Under the pieces are notes generated by a model. That model was not told the origin of the DNA. It did not search any database and saw only the letters and a list, made by a program, of their open reading frames with translations. A program made the translations under genes and the position numbers. This document shows, piece by piece, positions 10,281 to 20,363 of a stretch of DNA of 64,000 nt (position 1 is its first letter; each line of letters begins with the position of its first letter). Source of the stretch: a virus (lineage: Duplodnaviria > Caudoviricetes). Location: positions 105,615 through 169,614 of the IMG/VR virus record IMGVR_UViG_3300028591_003737; one strand, given 5' to 3'.

Positions 10281-10532
10281 TTATACTGTTATTACTATTA
10301 GTCGTGCTAATTCATTAAATGTACAAATATGATATTTCTCTTCATATTCTTTTTTAATATATTCTGTAACTTTATTAATATCATATTCATAAGGAATATT
10401 TAATATTACACAAAAACCATAATCTGGTCTTTCAAATAAAATTTCAGGATATTCAGTAACAATATATCTTAAAACTTCACTGAAATTACCAAATAAACTA
10501 CCCCATTGATTTTTTCTACCTAAATTTTTCAT
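10281..10532 (-). CDS. Hypothetical protein
   Basis: 83-aa ORF. Confidence 0.6.
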   Translation of the reverse strand: MKNLGRKNQWGSLFGNFSEVLRYIVTEYPEILFERPDYGFCVILNIPYEYDINKVTEYIKKEYEEKYHICTFNELARLIVITV

Positions 10533-10534
10533 AA

Positions 10535-11017
10535 TTATGCTCTATTAATATCAATATCTAATTCTGTATCTCCTTTATCAGATATATCTCTTACATATCC
10601 ATATCCATTTTTAATACACCAAACTAATGTATTATAACCAGCAATTAATGGATATTCTGCATAAGGAGCATCTCCATTTTCTTTACTATCTTCTGTCTTA
10701 TAATAAAAACCATAAAATGGAGCATCTTTAAAGAAAGTTACTCCTTTATAACCATCTTTTCCAATCCATTCTGGAAGTTTTAATAAAAGTTCAGGAAGAG
10801 TATATGTATCACAAACAAAACTATAATCTTTTGGATTATTTATTTGACTTTCCCAACCAAAATTAGTTTTATATACAACAAATAAATTTAATGGATCTAT
10901 ATTAGCCTGTATAATACAAAACTTTGAATCAGATGTATCTACACCTAATTCAATTAATTTCTGCATTCTTTCTGGACTTAAAAACTCTTGTTTAGTTTTA
11001 TTATCTAACCTTATCAT
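10535..11017 (-). CDS. Hypothetical protein
   Basis: 160-aa ORF. Confidence 0.7.
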   Translation of the reverse strand: MIRLDNKTKQEFLSPERMQKLIELGVDTSDSKFCIIQANIDPLNLFVVYKTNFGWESQINNPKDYSFVCDTYTLPELLLKLPEWIGKDGYKGVTFFKDAPFYGFYYKTEDSKENGDAPYAEYPLIAGYNTLVWCIKNGYGYVRDISDKGDTELDIDINRA

Positions 11018-11018
11018 A

Positions 11019-11357
11019 TTAAAAATCTATACAATCTCTATATAATCTTTCAACTACAAGTTCATCCCCTTTATATTGATATTCATTCCACCATACCCAA
11101 TCAGAAGTCATTGGAATTTCACCTGTAATATCATATAACTTATTATTTATATAACATGCATAATGATTTTCTTTATCATTATACATTATTTGTGATTCAG
11201 GTTCAAATGAACAAAATCTATAATTAAGTATGTATGCAAACCAATAACAACATCCTTGAGTGAATGTTTTTATAGTTCCTTCATTTTGGAATCTTTTAAT
11301 GAAATTTAATATTTCTTCTTCAGTATATCTTAATATTCCAAATTGATCTTTATACAT
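11019..11357 (-). CDS. Hypothetical protein, possible papain/transglutaminase-like Cys-His-Asp fold
   Basis: GCCYWFA..H..YDITG spacing. Confidence 0.45.
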   Translation of the reverse strand: MYKDQFGILRYTEEEILNFIKRFQNEGTIKTFTQGCCYWFAYILNYRFCSFEPESQIMYNDKENHYACYINNKLYDITGEIPMTSDWVWWNEYQYKGDELVVERLYRDCIDF

Positions 11358-11359
11358 AA

Positions 11360-11506
11360 CTAATAATCATAAACATCCATTTCATCATCTTCTATATCGA
11401 GGCATTCTTGATAAACATCTCGATATACTTTACGAACTTCATCAGGAAGAGTTAAATCTTCTGACTTATTCTTACAATATCTTTTTATTTTATCGTATTT
11501 ATACAT
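11360..11506 (-). CDS. Small hypothetical protein (48 aa, not in ORF track)
   Basis: MYKYDKIKRYCKNKSEDLTLPDEVRKVYRDVYQECLDIEDDEMDVYDY*; fills the gap between grpE and the next gene. Confidence 0.55.
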   Translation of the reverse strand: MYKYDKIKRYCKNKSEDLTLPDEVRKVYRDVYQECLDIEDDEMDVYDY

Positions 11507-12053
11507 TTACTCCAACTTTAGCATATCTTAAAATTGTATCACCCATCTTATATCCTTTAAACTGAGTGAACTTAACTGTATTCTTTTTATCTTCTTCACC
11601 AGGAATAGCAACAATAGCTTCATGAACAGAGTCATCAAACTTATCACCATCTTGAGGATTAATAGTATCTATACCATTAGCTTTAAGCATATTCATAATC
11701 TTATTGTAAATAAACTCAACACCTTCAGTAAGTTCACCAGCTTCCTTTGCTTTTTCAAAGTCATCAATAATAGGAAGAAGATCCTTAAATACAGAAATTT
11801 TACCAGCATTCTTAGAACTGGCAATATTAGCGTCAGAAATACGCTTTAAATTTTGATAATCAGCAAGAGCACGAAGATACTTATCATTAGTTTCTTTAAT
11901 AGTAACTCCGCAAGTTTTAATAGTTTCATTTGCTAAAGACATAGCTTTCTTATTTTCTTCAAGAGTCTTTTCAAGCTCTTCATAAGTAGGTTTTACTTTC
12001 TCTACTTCTTCAACTTTCTGAAAATCTTCAATAATTTCTTTATTTTCTTCCAT
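11499..12053 (-). CDS. grpE: GrpE nucleotide exchange factor
   Basis: KYLRALADYQNLKR, LLPIIDDFEKA, FDDSVHEAI, KGYKMGDTILRYAKVGV. Confidence 0.92.
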   Translation of the reverse strand: MEENKEIIEDFQKVEEVEKVKPTYEELEKTLEENKKAMSLANETIKTCGVTIKETNDKYLRALADYQNLKRISDANIASSKNAGKISVFKDLLPIIDDFEKAKEAGELTEGVEFIYNKIMNMLKANGIDTINPQDGDKFDDSVHEAIVAIPGEEDKKNTVKFTQFKGYKMGDTILRYAKVGVNV

Positions 12054-12093
12054 GATTTATTTATTTAAATTATTATACCAATACTTTGAATAT

Positions 12094-12121
12094 AATATAG
12101 TATAAAATACCTCTATTTCAA
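12094..12121 (-). promoter_or_regulatory. Early-type promoter TTGAAA-N16-TATATT
   Basis: Recurrent motif heading the grpE / small-gene operon. Confidence 0.6.
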
Positions 12122-12130
12122 TATAGAAAT

Positions 12131-12160
12131 AAAAAAGAGTTGGTTTCAAAACCAACTCTT
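12131..12160 (-). terminator. Intrinsic terminator
   Basis: aagagttggttt / aaaccaactctt hairpin with an A-run on the + strand. Confidence 0.75.
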
Positions 12161-12164
12161 AATT

Positions 12165-12419
12165 TTAAACAATTAATTCTTTTAAATGTAAAGATCCTTT
12201 ATTATCTATTAATTTACAAATTATCCTAATTATATTTTTGTTTTCAAAAACATATTCTTTAGAACCATCTTTATTATGTATCTCATTATAATTTACCTTA
12301 CAATTAGATAAATCAAGATCTCTATAATAAAAATTATTATTGTCATCAATTCCAGGATAAAAATATAAATGTATAAATTTATCAGAATCTTTAAAAATTG
12401 TTACGTAACCAGGAAACAT
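12165..12419 (-). CDS. Hypothetical protein
   Basis: 84-aa ORF. Confidence 0.55.
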   Translation of the reverse strand: MFPGYVTIFKDSDKFIHLYFYPGIDDNNNFYYRDLDLSNCKVNYNEIHNKDGSKEYVFENKNIIRIICKLIDNKGSLHLKELIV

Positions 12420-12423
12420 AATT

Positions 12424-13278
12424 TTATTGTTTTACAAGAATCATCTTAAACTTATTAATATCAAAGTCTGCACCAAATAACTTAGCTACTGATTCGCAAC
12501 CCCAGTCACCAGCATTGAATAATTTGTCACCCCATGGATATACAGGATCTGCACCTTCATATTCAAATCTGATCTTAGCATTTACATTTTCTGTAATATT
12601 TGGACATACCCAAGGATATTGTGCACCAGGATTATTAACTGCACCAGCCCAACTTCTACCACAATCACTTGAATAAGTAATAGATGAAATAGATAAAGTC
12701 TTATTAGCTGATTCTGTTAATGCAACATCATTAAATAATGCAACATCTTTTGGTTCAAAACCATAGAAAATAGCTCCATAATATTCAACACCATCAATAA
12801 CTAATTTCTGTGCATCGTTACTTGCCCAAGATGCTGAAGCTGATACATTAGCTGATGATTCTGAATCAATAAGAGTACCTATATAAACTCTATCATTGTA
12901 GTTACATGCTCTATTAGCAGCATTGTTCCACCAATCTTCTTCAGGATATTTAGCATGATACTTAGCAAGAGCACCATTTGCTTCAGATTCATTCCAAGAA
13001 GCTTCATCCCATACATAATCATAAGCGGTAGATTCTTCTTCTACTGGTTCAGCTGGTACTACTGGTTCTTCAGGTTTTTCTTCTGGTTCAACATCAGAGA
13101 ATTTTTCTGAAAGATCAAGACCAGCATCTTCCATAAATTCTTTAGTAAGTTCAGCTCTTCTATTATTTTTACCTTCAAGCATAGCTCCATCAGGAATTAA
13201 CCAAGCTAATTTTTCTTCTGAAAGATTAGAAGGATCAAATGTAAGACCTGTTACTTTTGTAAATAATTGTCTATCCAT
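12424..13278 (-). CDS. Probable virion protein; N-terminal domain paralogous to 13302..13553
   Basis: Shared LFTKVTGLTFD..KLAWLIPDGAML..TKEFM, then a Pro/Glu linker; late-motif operon. Confidence 0.65.
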   Translation of the reverse strand: MDRQLFTKVTGLTFDPSNLSEEKLAWLIPDGAMLEGKNNRRAELTKEFMEDAGLDLSEKFSDVEPEEKPEEPVVPAEPVEEESTAYDYVWDEASWNESEANGALAKYHAKYPEEDWWNNAANRACNYNDRVYIGTLIDSESSANVSASASWASNDAQKLVIDGVEYYGAIFYGFEPKDVALFNDVALTESANKTLSISSITYSSDCGRSWAGAVNNPGAQYPWVCPNITENVNAKIRFEYEGADPVYPWGDKLFNAGDWGCESVAKLFGADFDINKFKMILVKQ

Positions 13279-13301
13279 ATTGTATTATTTAAATATAATT
13301 T

Positions 13302-13553
13302 TTAGTCATTACTTGATGAACTATTATTTTCTTCTTCATCATCATAGTCTACTTCTACTGTTGAGAATTTAGAATCTTCACTAAGACCAACAAGAGTCAT
13401 AAATTCCTTTGTTTCTTTTGCTTTTCTACCATCTGTATTATCAAGCATTGCACCATCAGGAATTAACCATGCTAACTTATCAAGATCTGTTATTTTTTCA
13501 ACATCAAAAGTAAGACCAGTTACCTTTGTAAATAATTCTTGTTTTGTAGCCAT
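13302..13553 (-). CDS. Small probable virion protein, paralog of the downstream gene's N-terminus
   Basis: Same shared domain; late-type motif at 13580-13592. Confidence 0.65.
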   Translation of the reverse strand: MATKQELFTKVTGLTFDVEKITDLDKLAWLIPDGAMLDNTDGRKAKETKEFMTLVGLSEDSKFSTVEVDYDDEEENNSSSSND

Positions 13554-13579
13554 TTTATATTTTATATATTTTTACTTTA

Positions 13580-13592
13580 TATATAAAAATAA
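13580..13592 (-). promoter_or_regulatory. Late-type motif TTATTTTTATATA
   Basis: Recurrent motif. Confidence 0.55.
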
Positions 13593-13596
13593 AACT

Positions 13597-14850
13597 TTAA
13601 AATAGTTCAAGTTGAACAACATTACTAGCATTTACAAGAGGTATCTTCATAACTTCCAAGAAGCGGTTAATTGGATCTATGACAGTTTTTTGCCATTGTG
13701 TAAGTTTATCCATTTTAGGTGCCCAAGCTGGAAGTTCACCAGCAGGGAATCCAAAATAACCAGTATCATCTTTACCAAGACCAGTCCTTATATTATAATA
13801 TTTAATTTTACCAGAATAGAACTTAAGATGGTCTTCTCCATTTTTATGAGCTAAATAATTAAATCTTGCTACAGAGTGTACAGATACAGGAGTGCCTTTA
13901 CCAAGAATAAGTTCAGATGTATCATTTATTACATATTTTTTATAATCACCAACACCAATTGATTGTGATATATCTTCAAGAGGTGCTTGATAGAATTGTC
14001 TTCTATATTCAGAAAGTTTATCATTGAAATACATTATATATTCTTCTCTCTTTTCAGGAGTTGAATCATCAAAGTCAAACATAAGACTTTTCATTAAATC
14101 AGAGAGAATAGTTCTACAAAGTTTAGGTGTTGTAGATTTAATAATTTCAATACCAGTTCCTGAAACTTTAGGATTATCATAGAAATTACCTTTACTAAAT
14201 ACAAGTCCTTTAAGATATTTCTTTTTAGCAAGATAAATACCTGCTTTACTTATAGTTTCAAGCTCAAATTCATGAATAGAATGACCATGACGAGGATTAT
14301 AAATCTCTTCACACCATTTTGTATTTTGTTTATCAAGGAATTCTTTATTAAACTTAAGAATAAAATCTACTTTCTTTTTATCAGTATTAAAATTCTTTTG
14401 ACTTTCTGGAGTCATTGCTTGGAATAATGTTCCATATGTTGTATAAACAGAATCAGTATCAGAATAAATACTTATTGTTTGTTGACGATACCAATCATGT
14501 TTACTTTCATCTAATTCAAAACCAAATTGTTCTTGTAAATCTTTTCTTTCCCAAAGAGTTTCATGGAAAAAGTTCTCAAGATTATGCCACATTGTTTTTG
14601 TAAGATGACGGCATTCACCTGTAATATCTCCTGCAAGAGCTATATTAAAGAAATAAAAATATTGATTTGCAGCAGCGCCATAAGCAGCATTACCTAATGC
14701 TTTACATGCCATTTCAAGAAGCCAATACTCTTGACGTAAAATAGTTACTTCTTCTTTAAATGCTTTAAGTTCTTCCAGATTCATTTGATATATATCTTTA
14801 TCTGGAAAATGTTCTTTCATTAATTGAACAATATCTTCAGAAAAATTCAT
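13597..14850 (-). CDS. Family B DNA polymerase, C-terminal subunit (fingers-palm-thumb) of a split enzyme
   Basis: Motif B variant KALGNAAYG, motif C YSDTDS, KKKY and GIEIIKSTTP are present. Exonuclease motifs and motif A are absent. Confidence 0.88.
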   Translation of the reverse strand: MNFSEDIVQLMKEHFPDKDIYQMNLEELKAFKEEVTILRQEYWLLEMACKALGNAAYGAAANQYFYFFNIALAGDITGECRHLTKTMWHNLENFFHETLWERKDLQEQFGFELDESKHDWYRQQTISIYSDTDSVYTTYGTLFQAMTPESQKNFNTDKKKVDFILKFNKEFLDKQNTKWCEEIYNPRHGHSIHEFELETISKAGIYLAKKKYLKGLVFSKGNFYDNPKVSGTGIEIIKSTTPKLCRTILSDLMKSLMFDFDDSTPEKREEYIMYFNDKLSEYRRQFYQAPLEDISQSIGVGDYKKYVINDTSELILGKGTPVSVHSVARFNYLAHKNGEDHLKFYSGKIKYYNIRTGLGKDDTGYFGFPAGELPAWAPKMDKLTQWQKTVIDPINRFLEVMKIPLVNASNVVQLELF

Positions 14851-14916
14851 CTTTCAAATTTATAAGTTGTATTTGTAATATTAAAATAGAAAAACCAATG
14901 AATTAAATTCATTGGC

Positions 14917-15858
14917 TTAATAATTCAAATAAAGACTATCATAAACAATATCTGTTGGATTTGTCTTTACTGTTTTTGATCTCAACTTTTTGAATGATGA
15001 GTGTCCACTATCTACATAAACATGACGAGTATAAAATTTTCTAACATTACATGTTCTATCATCTTTTCCTGATGTTCCATCATATGAAAGAAGTATTTTT
15101 ACATTTTTAGCAGTAAGGTTTTCAATAACATCATACATATGTTCTGAATTAAATGTATCTGCCATAAAATACATACTTCCAGTATTTTCATAAGGAGGAT
15201 CCATATAAATTACATCTCCTTCATGAGCATCTTTAATTATATCATCATAAGAACCACTTATAAATGTAATCTTATCTTTAACAGGTTCAATAACAGAATA
15301 CCAAGAATCTAATACCTTTTCAAGTTCTTCTGGTTTAATACCATATCTTCCACCAACATGAAATGGTGTATTGAATTTACCACTTGGATTATATCTAATA
15401 AGTCCATTAAAACAAGTTCTAGAAATCCAATAAAGAAGTTTTGCTCTTTCTGGATCATCTTCACTCATATTATTATACTTTTCTCTATTCTCATAATATA
15501 CTGGTTGAATTAACTTTATATCATCATGAGTTAATTCTTTTGCATCTTTATAATCAACTTGTTTTCTAAGTTTTTCATAATTCTCAGTATAATAATCTAA
15601 TAGTTCTTCTCTATTATCTTTTAATAAATTCCAGATATTCATAAGATCTTTATTAAGATCAGAACATACAATCTTATTTACTTTAATATTACCAAGAGCT
15701 ATTTCATTTAATAACTCATGAAGAACAGAACCACCACCAAGAAATGGCTCATAATATGTATCTATTTCTTTTGGAAATTGATGTACAATATATGGAGCTT
15801 GCTTTCTTTTAGAACCACTCCATTTAATAAAAGGTTGTTTACCAATATTTACTAACAT
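14917..15858 (-). CDS. dam: Dam-type (D12 class) DNA adenine methyltransferase
   Basis: KWSGSK, YEPFLGGGS, FNGLIRYN.SGKFN.P, DPPY. Confidence 0.9.
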   Translation of the reverse strand: MLVNIGKQPFIKWSGSKRKQAPYIVHQFPKEIDTYYEPFLGGGSVLHELLNEIALGNIKVNKIVCSDLNKDLMNIWNLLKDNREELLDYYTENYEKLRKQVDYKDAKELTHDDIKLIQPVYYENREKYNNMSEDDPERAKLLYWISRTCFNGLIRYNPSGKFNTPFHVGGRYGIKPEELEKVLDSWYSVIEPVKDKITFISGSYDDIIKDAHEGDVIYMDPPYENTGSMYFMADTFNSEHMYDVIENLTAKNVKILLSYDGTSGKDDRTCNVRKFYTRHVYVDSGHSSFKKLRSKTVKTNPTDIVYDSLYLNY

Positions 15859-15859
15859 A

Positions 15860-16750
15860 TTATTTAATTAAATCACTTAATTTTATTATTCTTATTTTAC
15901 ATATTTCATATAATCTTTCATATATTACTTTATTAAGACCTTGATATATTGTATCAAGTAAATCCATATCCATTTTATAATTATTAATTAAGAATTTATT
16001 TAATGCTTCTGTAAAGTTATTAATATATTCTTCATCATAATGTAAAAATTTCATTAATCTTATTACTGATTTAAAAAATTCAGGATGGTTTTCAATAAAT
16101 TCTTTAGAAATATAATCATAAGTATGAATATCAAACTTCTTTTTTAATACTTCTTCCGCAGCTTCTTTTGTTTTAAATATAAACTGTCCATCATAATCAG
16201 AATATATCTTATCATTCATAATTATGATATATTTATCCGTAATAAAATTTGATACTTTATCATTTAAATAAAGATTTCTAACAGAGCGTGATAATGCATC
16301 TTCAATATTATCATCAGGTGGTGCAAAAGTAAATTTATTTAAATCTCTTTTAATTTCCTCATGTTCATCTTTTGGAAATGCATTCTTATTTACTTCATCA
16401 TCAGTTATACAATTATCATATAATTCTTTAGAATCACCCCCATATGAATATTTCCATTCATCAATAAGTTGATTTACTAAATTGCTTTCAAAATATTTAT
16501 TGAATGCATCATATAAATCTTCTATTAATCTATCAACCTCTTCTTTAATATATTCTACTGGTTTTTCTCCTTTAGGTGTTATATCTTTAGGAGTAGACAT
16601 AGCAAGAGATAATAAATCACCCTTTAATTTATCTAATTCATTATTTGCAGAAGTTTCAGCAGATTTTGCTTCATATACTGATTCTATATCAACATTATCA
16701 AAATAAAGAATTGGCTTTCTTAATCTTATTTCAGTACCATTTGAACTCAT
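15860..16750 (-). CDS. Hypothetical protein
   Basis: 296-aa ORF heading the dam operon. Confidence 0.75.
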   Translation of the reverse strand: MSSNGTEIRLRKPILYFDNVDIESVYEAKSAETSANNELDKLKGDLLSLAMSTPKDITPKGEKPVEYIKEEVDRLIEDLYDAFNKYFESNLVNQLIDEWKYSYGGDSKELYDNCITDDEVNKNAFPKDEHEEIKRDLNKFTFAPPDDNIEDALSRSVRNLYLNDKVSNFITDKYIIIMNDKIYSDYDGQFIFKTKEAAEEVLKKKFDIHTYDYISKEFIENHPEFFKSVIRLMKFLHYDEEYINNFTEALNKFLINNYKMDMDLLDTIYQGLNKVIYERLYEICKIRIIKLSDLIK

Positions 16751-16780
16751 ATTATAATGTTTTAAACATAATTATAATTT

Positions 16781-16810
16781 AATATAGATTAATTATAACT
16801 AAAAAATCAA
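16781..16810 (-). promoter_or_regulatory. Early-type promoter TTGATT-N18-TATATT
   Basis: Recurrent motif. Confidence 0.5.
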
Positions 16811-16822
16811 TCTCTCAAAGTT

Positions 16823-16835
16823 TTATTTTTATATA
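16823..16835 (+). promoter_or_regulatory. Late-type motif TTATTTTTATATA
   Basis: Heads the plus-strand structural operon 16863-24359. Confidence 0.6.
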
Positions 16836-16862
16836 TAATATAGTGTTTTGTAATGTATACTT

Positions 16863-17255
16863 ATGGCAGGTGTTAAAATATCTAAAATGGATAAATATGA
16901 ACAGATGTTTGATGGTACTAATTTACCAGAAGACATTACTAATATGATACTTCCAATAAGTTTTGGAAATCAAACTATTAGTATTACTGTTGGAACATTG
17001 ATTCATTTAATGCAACAACAAGATGATGATCAAGATATTAAAATTGATGCTAATACTCAGCTTATTCTTCAGAATACTGAACTTATTAATTCTCTTAGTG
17101 ATGAAATATATCAAAGAATACAGCAATTACAAGAAGAAGCAGAAGCAAAACACAAACAAATGATTGATGACCAAAATGTTATCGATACAGAACAGAATGA
17201 ACGTATTGGTGATATAGAAGCTACAAATCTTTGGGAAATATATGGAACTGAATAA
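16863..17255 (+). CDS. Probable structural protein (coiled coil)
   Basis: First gene of the late operon; KISKM N-terminus is typical of fibre-associated proteins. Confidence 0.6.
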   Translation: MAGVKISKMDKYEQMFDGTNLPEDITNMILPISFGNQTISITVGTLIHLMQQQDDDQDIKIDANTQLILQNTELINSLSDEIYQRIQQLQEEAEAKHKQMIDDQNVIDTEQNERIGDIEATNLWEIYGTE

Positions 17256-17257
17256 TA

Positions 17258-17758
17258 ATGCCTAGTAATATCTTTGTTGGAAAAAATAATTCTAAGAAAA
17301 TATCTGAATTAAGACCTCGTGATATTATTACTACTCATCGAGATCATTCATGGATTCCTGTTGCTCAATTTGATAGCAGAATCAATGCTTATACAAACTT
17401 TGCAATTAACTTATCAGCTATAACTGAATATACTGATGCATATTCATATGCAGCAGCTCAAGTAGTTATGGCTAATTTTGCTTATGAATATAACTTAGAT
17501 GAATGGGAAAGATTACATGATTTTGGTGCTACTGAAAATCCTGGATATATAACTAATGAAATGGACACATTAATTACATATTCAAGTATTGCACAAAATA
17601 TTGTAACTTATTCTTTCTCATATACAGATAAAATTCATGGTTGGCAATATCTTTTTGGACATTATGATGTATTTATTCCAGAAAGACCAGCTTATATTTA
17701 CACAGAACTTGAAGAATATATTAATACTGAAGACGGTACTAATAGAATTACATTATAA
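17258..17758 (+). CDS. Probable structural protein
   Basis: KKISEL motif; late operon. Confidence 0.6.
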   Translation: MPSNIFVGKNNSKKISELRPRDIITTHRDHSWIPVAQFDSRINAYTNFAINLSAITEYTDAYSYAAAQVVMANFAYEYNLDEWERLHDFGATENPGYITNEMDTLITYSSIAQNIVTYSFSYTDKIHGWQYLFGHYDVFIPERPAYIYTELEEYINTEDGTNRITL

Positions 17759-17764
17759 TAGAAT

Positions 17765-18826
17765 ATGGATGAAATTATTAATAGAATAACTGTTGACCAA
17801 TTAAAAGAAAATCCTCCAGTAATTACTAAGAAATTTCTTTTAGTTGATTCATCATTATATACTAATGAAGCTTATGAATATCTTTTAGAGATTATAAATG
17901 AGACAGATTCTATCGCATTTATAAGAGATTTAAAAAAGATATATACTCATGGTGAATATTTTGGTGGAGATATTTGGGAAGAATCATTATTCTATTTTGG
18001 TAGTTTTCAGATTTTAGATAATGAAAGTGAAGAAGTATTAACTAATCTTGAAGCTGAAATAAGAAATGAAACTTTAAGATTAAAAGGAATAAATAATATT
18101 AAGTTAATTCCTGAAATAGAATGGAGTAATGGTGTTAAATATAAAACTATAAAAATTGGTTATAATATTGATAATTCAATAGATAAAACACCAGTTACTA
18201 TTGATGATAATACTGCTCAATATAATCTTGAAATAAAAGATGATAAAATATCTGTAAATAAATATATTCCAATAAGAATAGAAGCACCAAAGTTAAATCT
18301 TATAGAATATGATACAGAAATAGAATCATTTGAATTTAATATCAATATTTTAGGAAATGATGATGATAAAAGAGTAGTAATTACTTCAGACCAAGCTATT
18401 GTAAACTTATCTGATGATTTTAGAACAGTATATACTAATATACTTAGACCAAATGCTACTATTGAATATTTAGTTTTATATAGTGATTCTAAAACACAAG
18501 GAGCAATGAATATTTATCAAAAATATGGATTTGCTAATATATATTCAGTAAATCAAATAACTAAAGAAAATTTTAATTTATTTGATAAATATATATCAGA
18601 AGATAGTTGTCAAGGAGAATTTACATTAGATATTCCTGATGATCAATATGGATGGTTTGCTTGTCCAAGCTTTTTAAAACCAAAATTTATTGATAAAGAT
18701 ACAAATATTTGCGGTGGTTGGGAACAACATAGTTATGTATATTTATATTCATTAAATATGGAATATATTGTATATAAAACTGTTAATAGTGGTTTAGGAT
18801 TAACAAATTGGAAAGTTATTGAATAA
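17765..18826 (+). CDS. Probable tail/fibre-associated protein
   Basis: SIAFIRDLKKIYTHGEYF motif; late operon. Confidence 0.55.
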   Translation: MDEIINRITVDQLKENPPVITKKFLLVDSSLYTNEAYEYLLEIINETDSIAFIRDLKKIYTHGEYFGGDIWEESLFYFGSFQILDNESEEVLTNLEAEIRNETLRLKGINNIKLIPEIEWSNGVKYKTIKIGYNIDNSIDKTPVTIDDNTAQYNLEIKDDKISVNKYIPIRIEAPKLNLIEYDTEIESFEFNINILGNDDDKRVVITSDQAIVNLSDDFRTVYTNILRPNATIEYLVLYSDSKTQGAMNIYQKYGFANIYSVNQITKENFNLFDKYISEDSCQGEFTLDIPDDQYGWFACPSFLKPKFIDKDTNICGGWEQHSYVYLYSLNMEYIVYKTVNSGLGLTNWKVIE

Positions 18827-18843
18827 AATTATTAATTTAATTA

Positions 18844-20292
18844 ATGGCTAGATTAACTTATAATGAAATATTTACTAATGTTCATAAATATGATGAGACT
18901 GGTGCTTATATTGGCCTCCAAATAGCTAGTAAGTTAAATCAAAAGAATGGTCAAGATTATAAACTTATTGATGCAGTTGATATTGATTGGAATGGTGCAT
19001 TTTTAAGAATAACTGGCGCATACATTAATAATACTGAAGATTTATTTGAATCAATAAATAATATTGCAGATTTATCTGACCTTGAATGGATTAGAGAAAA
19101 GATAAATACTTTAACAGAAAATGTTGATACAATATTATCAACATATGTTACTAAAACAGAATTAGATGAAATATTAGCACAATATCAAAAACCAATATCT
19201 GCTGGTGAAAATATTACTATTGATAATGATAATGTAATTAGTACTTATGGATTAATTACTTCAGAACTTGCAAATGAGTTATTTGCTAAAGAATTAGATT
19301 TTGAAGAATTAGTTCAACGTTTAGATGAAGATTATTATACAAAAACAGAAACTGCAGAAGTTGCAGGTGAAATTACTCTTGCTACAATACAAAGTATTAT
19401 TATAAAAGATGCTGATGAAAGATATAATGATTTAGAAAAAATTTCTAATTGGATTTTATCTCAACCAGAAAGTATAACAGAAGATTTTGAAATATTTAAT
19501 AATAGATTAAATCGTATAGATGAAGCTCTTGGTTATGTAGTATATAATGAAGAATTTAATACTTATACTTATACTGATGGTCTTTTATATGAGACACATA
19601 ATCTTCAAATTCAAACAGGTGAATTAAATACCAGAATGGTTAATTTAGAGAATACTGTTGAAGATTTTGGTGTAAAAGTTACTCAAGCTTATAATACTGC
19701 AAATACTGCATATGATATGGCATATGAAGCATATACTACTTCTAATAGTTCTTCTGAAATGGCAGAACTTGCATATGAAATGGCATATACTTCTGTAGTT
19801 AAAATTGGTAATAGAAGTGAAGATGAAAGATTTGAAGAATTAACTCAAGAAGATATTGATTTATTAAATGAAGATCCTAATGCTATTCAGGTTTATACTA
19901 TTCGTGATGATAATCATTCAGGTATTCCTCTTCCAGATTATTATAATCCAGATTCTGGTTTAATATATTATAAATTTATTGAAGCCGTTGAAGGAACAGG
20001 AATTTATAAGGAACTTGAAGATGTAGTTGATATAGCAAATGAAGCTAAAGAATCAGCAGATAATTCATTATTTAGATTACATACTGATAGAAGAGGAACT
20101 ACTTATGCTTATTTATCATTATCACCAGATGAAAATGATGGTTCTGGACATAGAACAATTACTTTAAATGTTGATGAAGCACAGATAAATAGTTATAATG
20201 GTGAAATAGAACAAGAAGGTTTAATTACAACATTTTCATTATCTAATACATTATCTTATATCTCAACTTTTGAAATTATTGAGGTAAACTAG
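18844..20292 (+). CDS. Probable tail fibre-like coiled-coil protein
   Basis: Acidic; AGENITIDND and YNDLEKISNWI (DTLKEIA-like) fibre motifs. Confidence 0.55.
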   Translation: MARLTYNEIFTNVHKYDETGAYIGLQIASKLNQKNGQDYKLIDAVDIDWNGAFLRITGAYINNTEDLFESINNIADLSDLEWIREKINTLTENVDTILSTYVTKTELDEILAQYQKPISAGENITIDNDNVISTYGLITSELANELFAKELDFEELVQRLDEDYYTKTETAEVAGEITLATIQSIIIKDADERYNDLEKISNWILSQPESITEDFEIFNNRLNRIDEALGYVVYNEEFNTYTYTDGLLYETHNLQIQTGELNTRMVNLENTVEDFGVKVTQAYNTANTAYDMAYEAYTTSNSSSEMAELAYEMAYTSVVKIGNRSEDERFEELTQEDIDLLNEDPNAIQVYTIRDDNHSGIPLPDYYNPDSGLIYYKFIEAVEGTGIYKELEDVVDIANEAKESADNSLFRLHTDRRGTTYAYLSLSPDENDGSGHRTITLNVDEAQINSYNGEIEQEGLITTFSLSNTLSYISTFEIIEVN

Positions 20293-20304
20293 GTATAAAA
20301 TAAT

Positions 20305-20317
20305 TTATTTTTAAATA
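20305..20317 (+). promoter_or_regulatory. Late-type motif TTATTTTTAAATA
   Basis: Recurrent motif. Confidence 0.5.
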
Positions 20318-20363
20318 TATAAATATAAATATAAAAAATACATAATATATAATTTATAAAAAT

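Noticed and set aside
13597-14850. Polymerase as a pseudogene or intron-interrupted gene
   Set aside because: The ORF is intact with conserved catalytic motifs and its own promoter-like signal. The upstream neighbour is dam, with no room for an intron or homing endonuclease.
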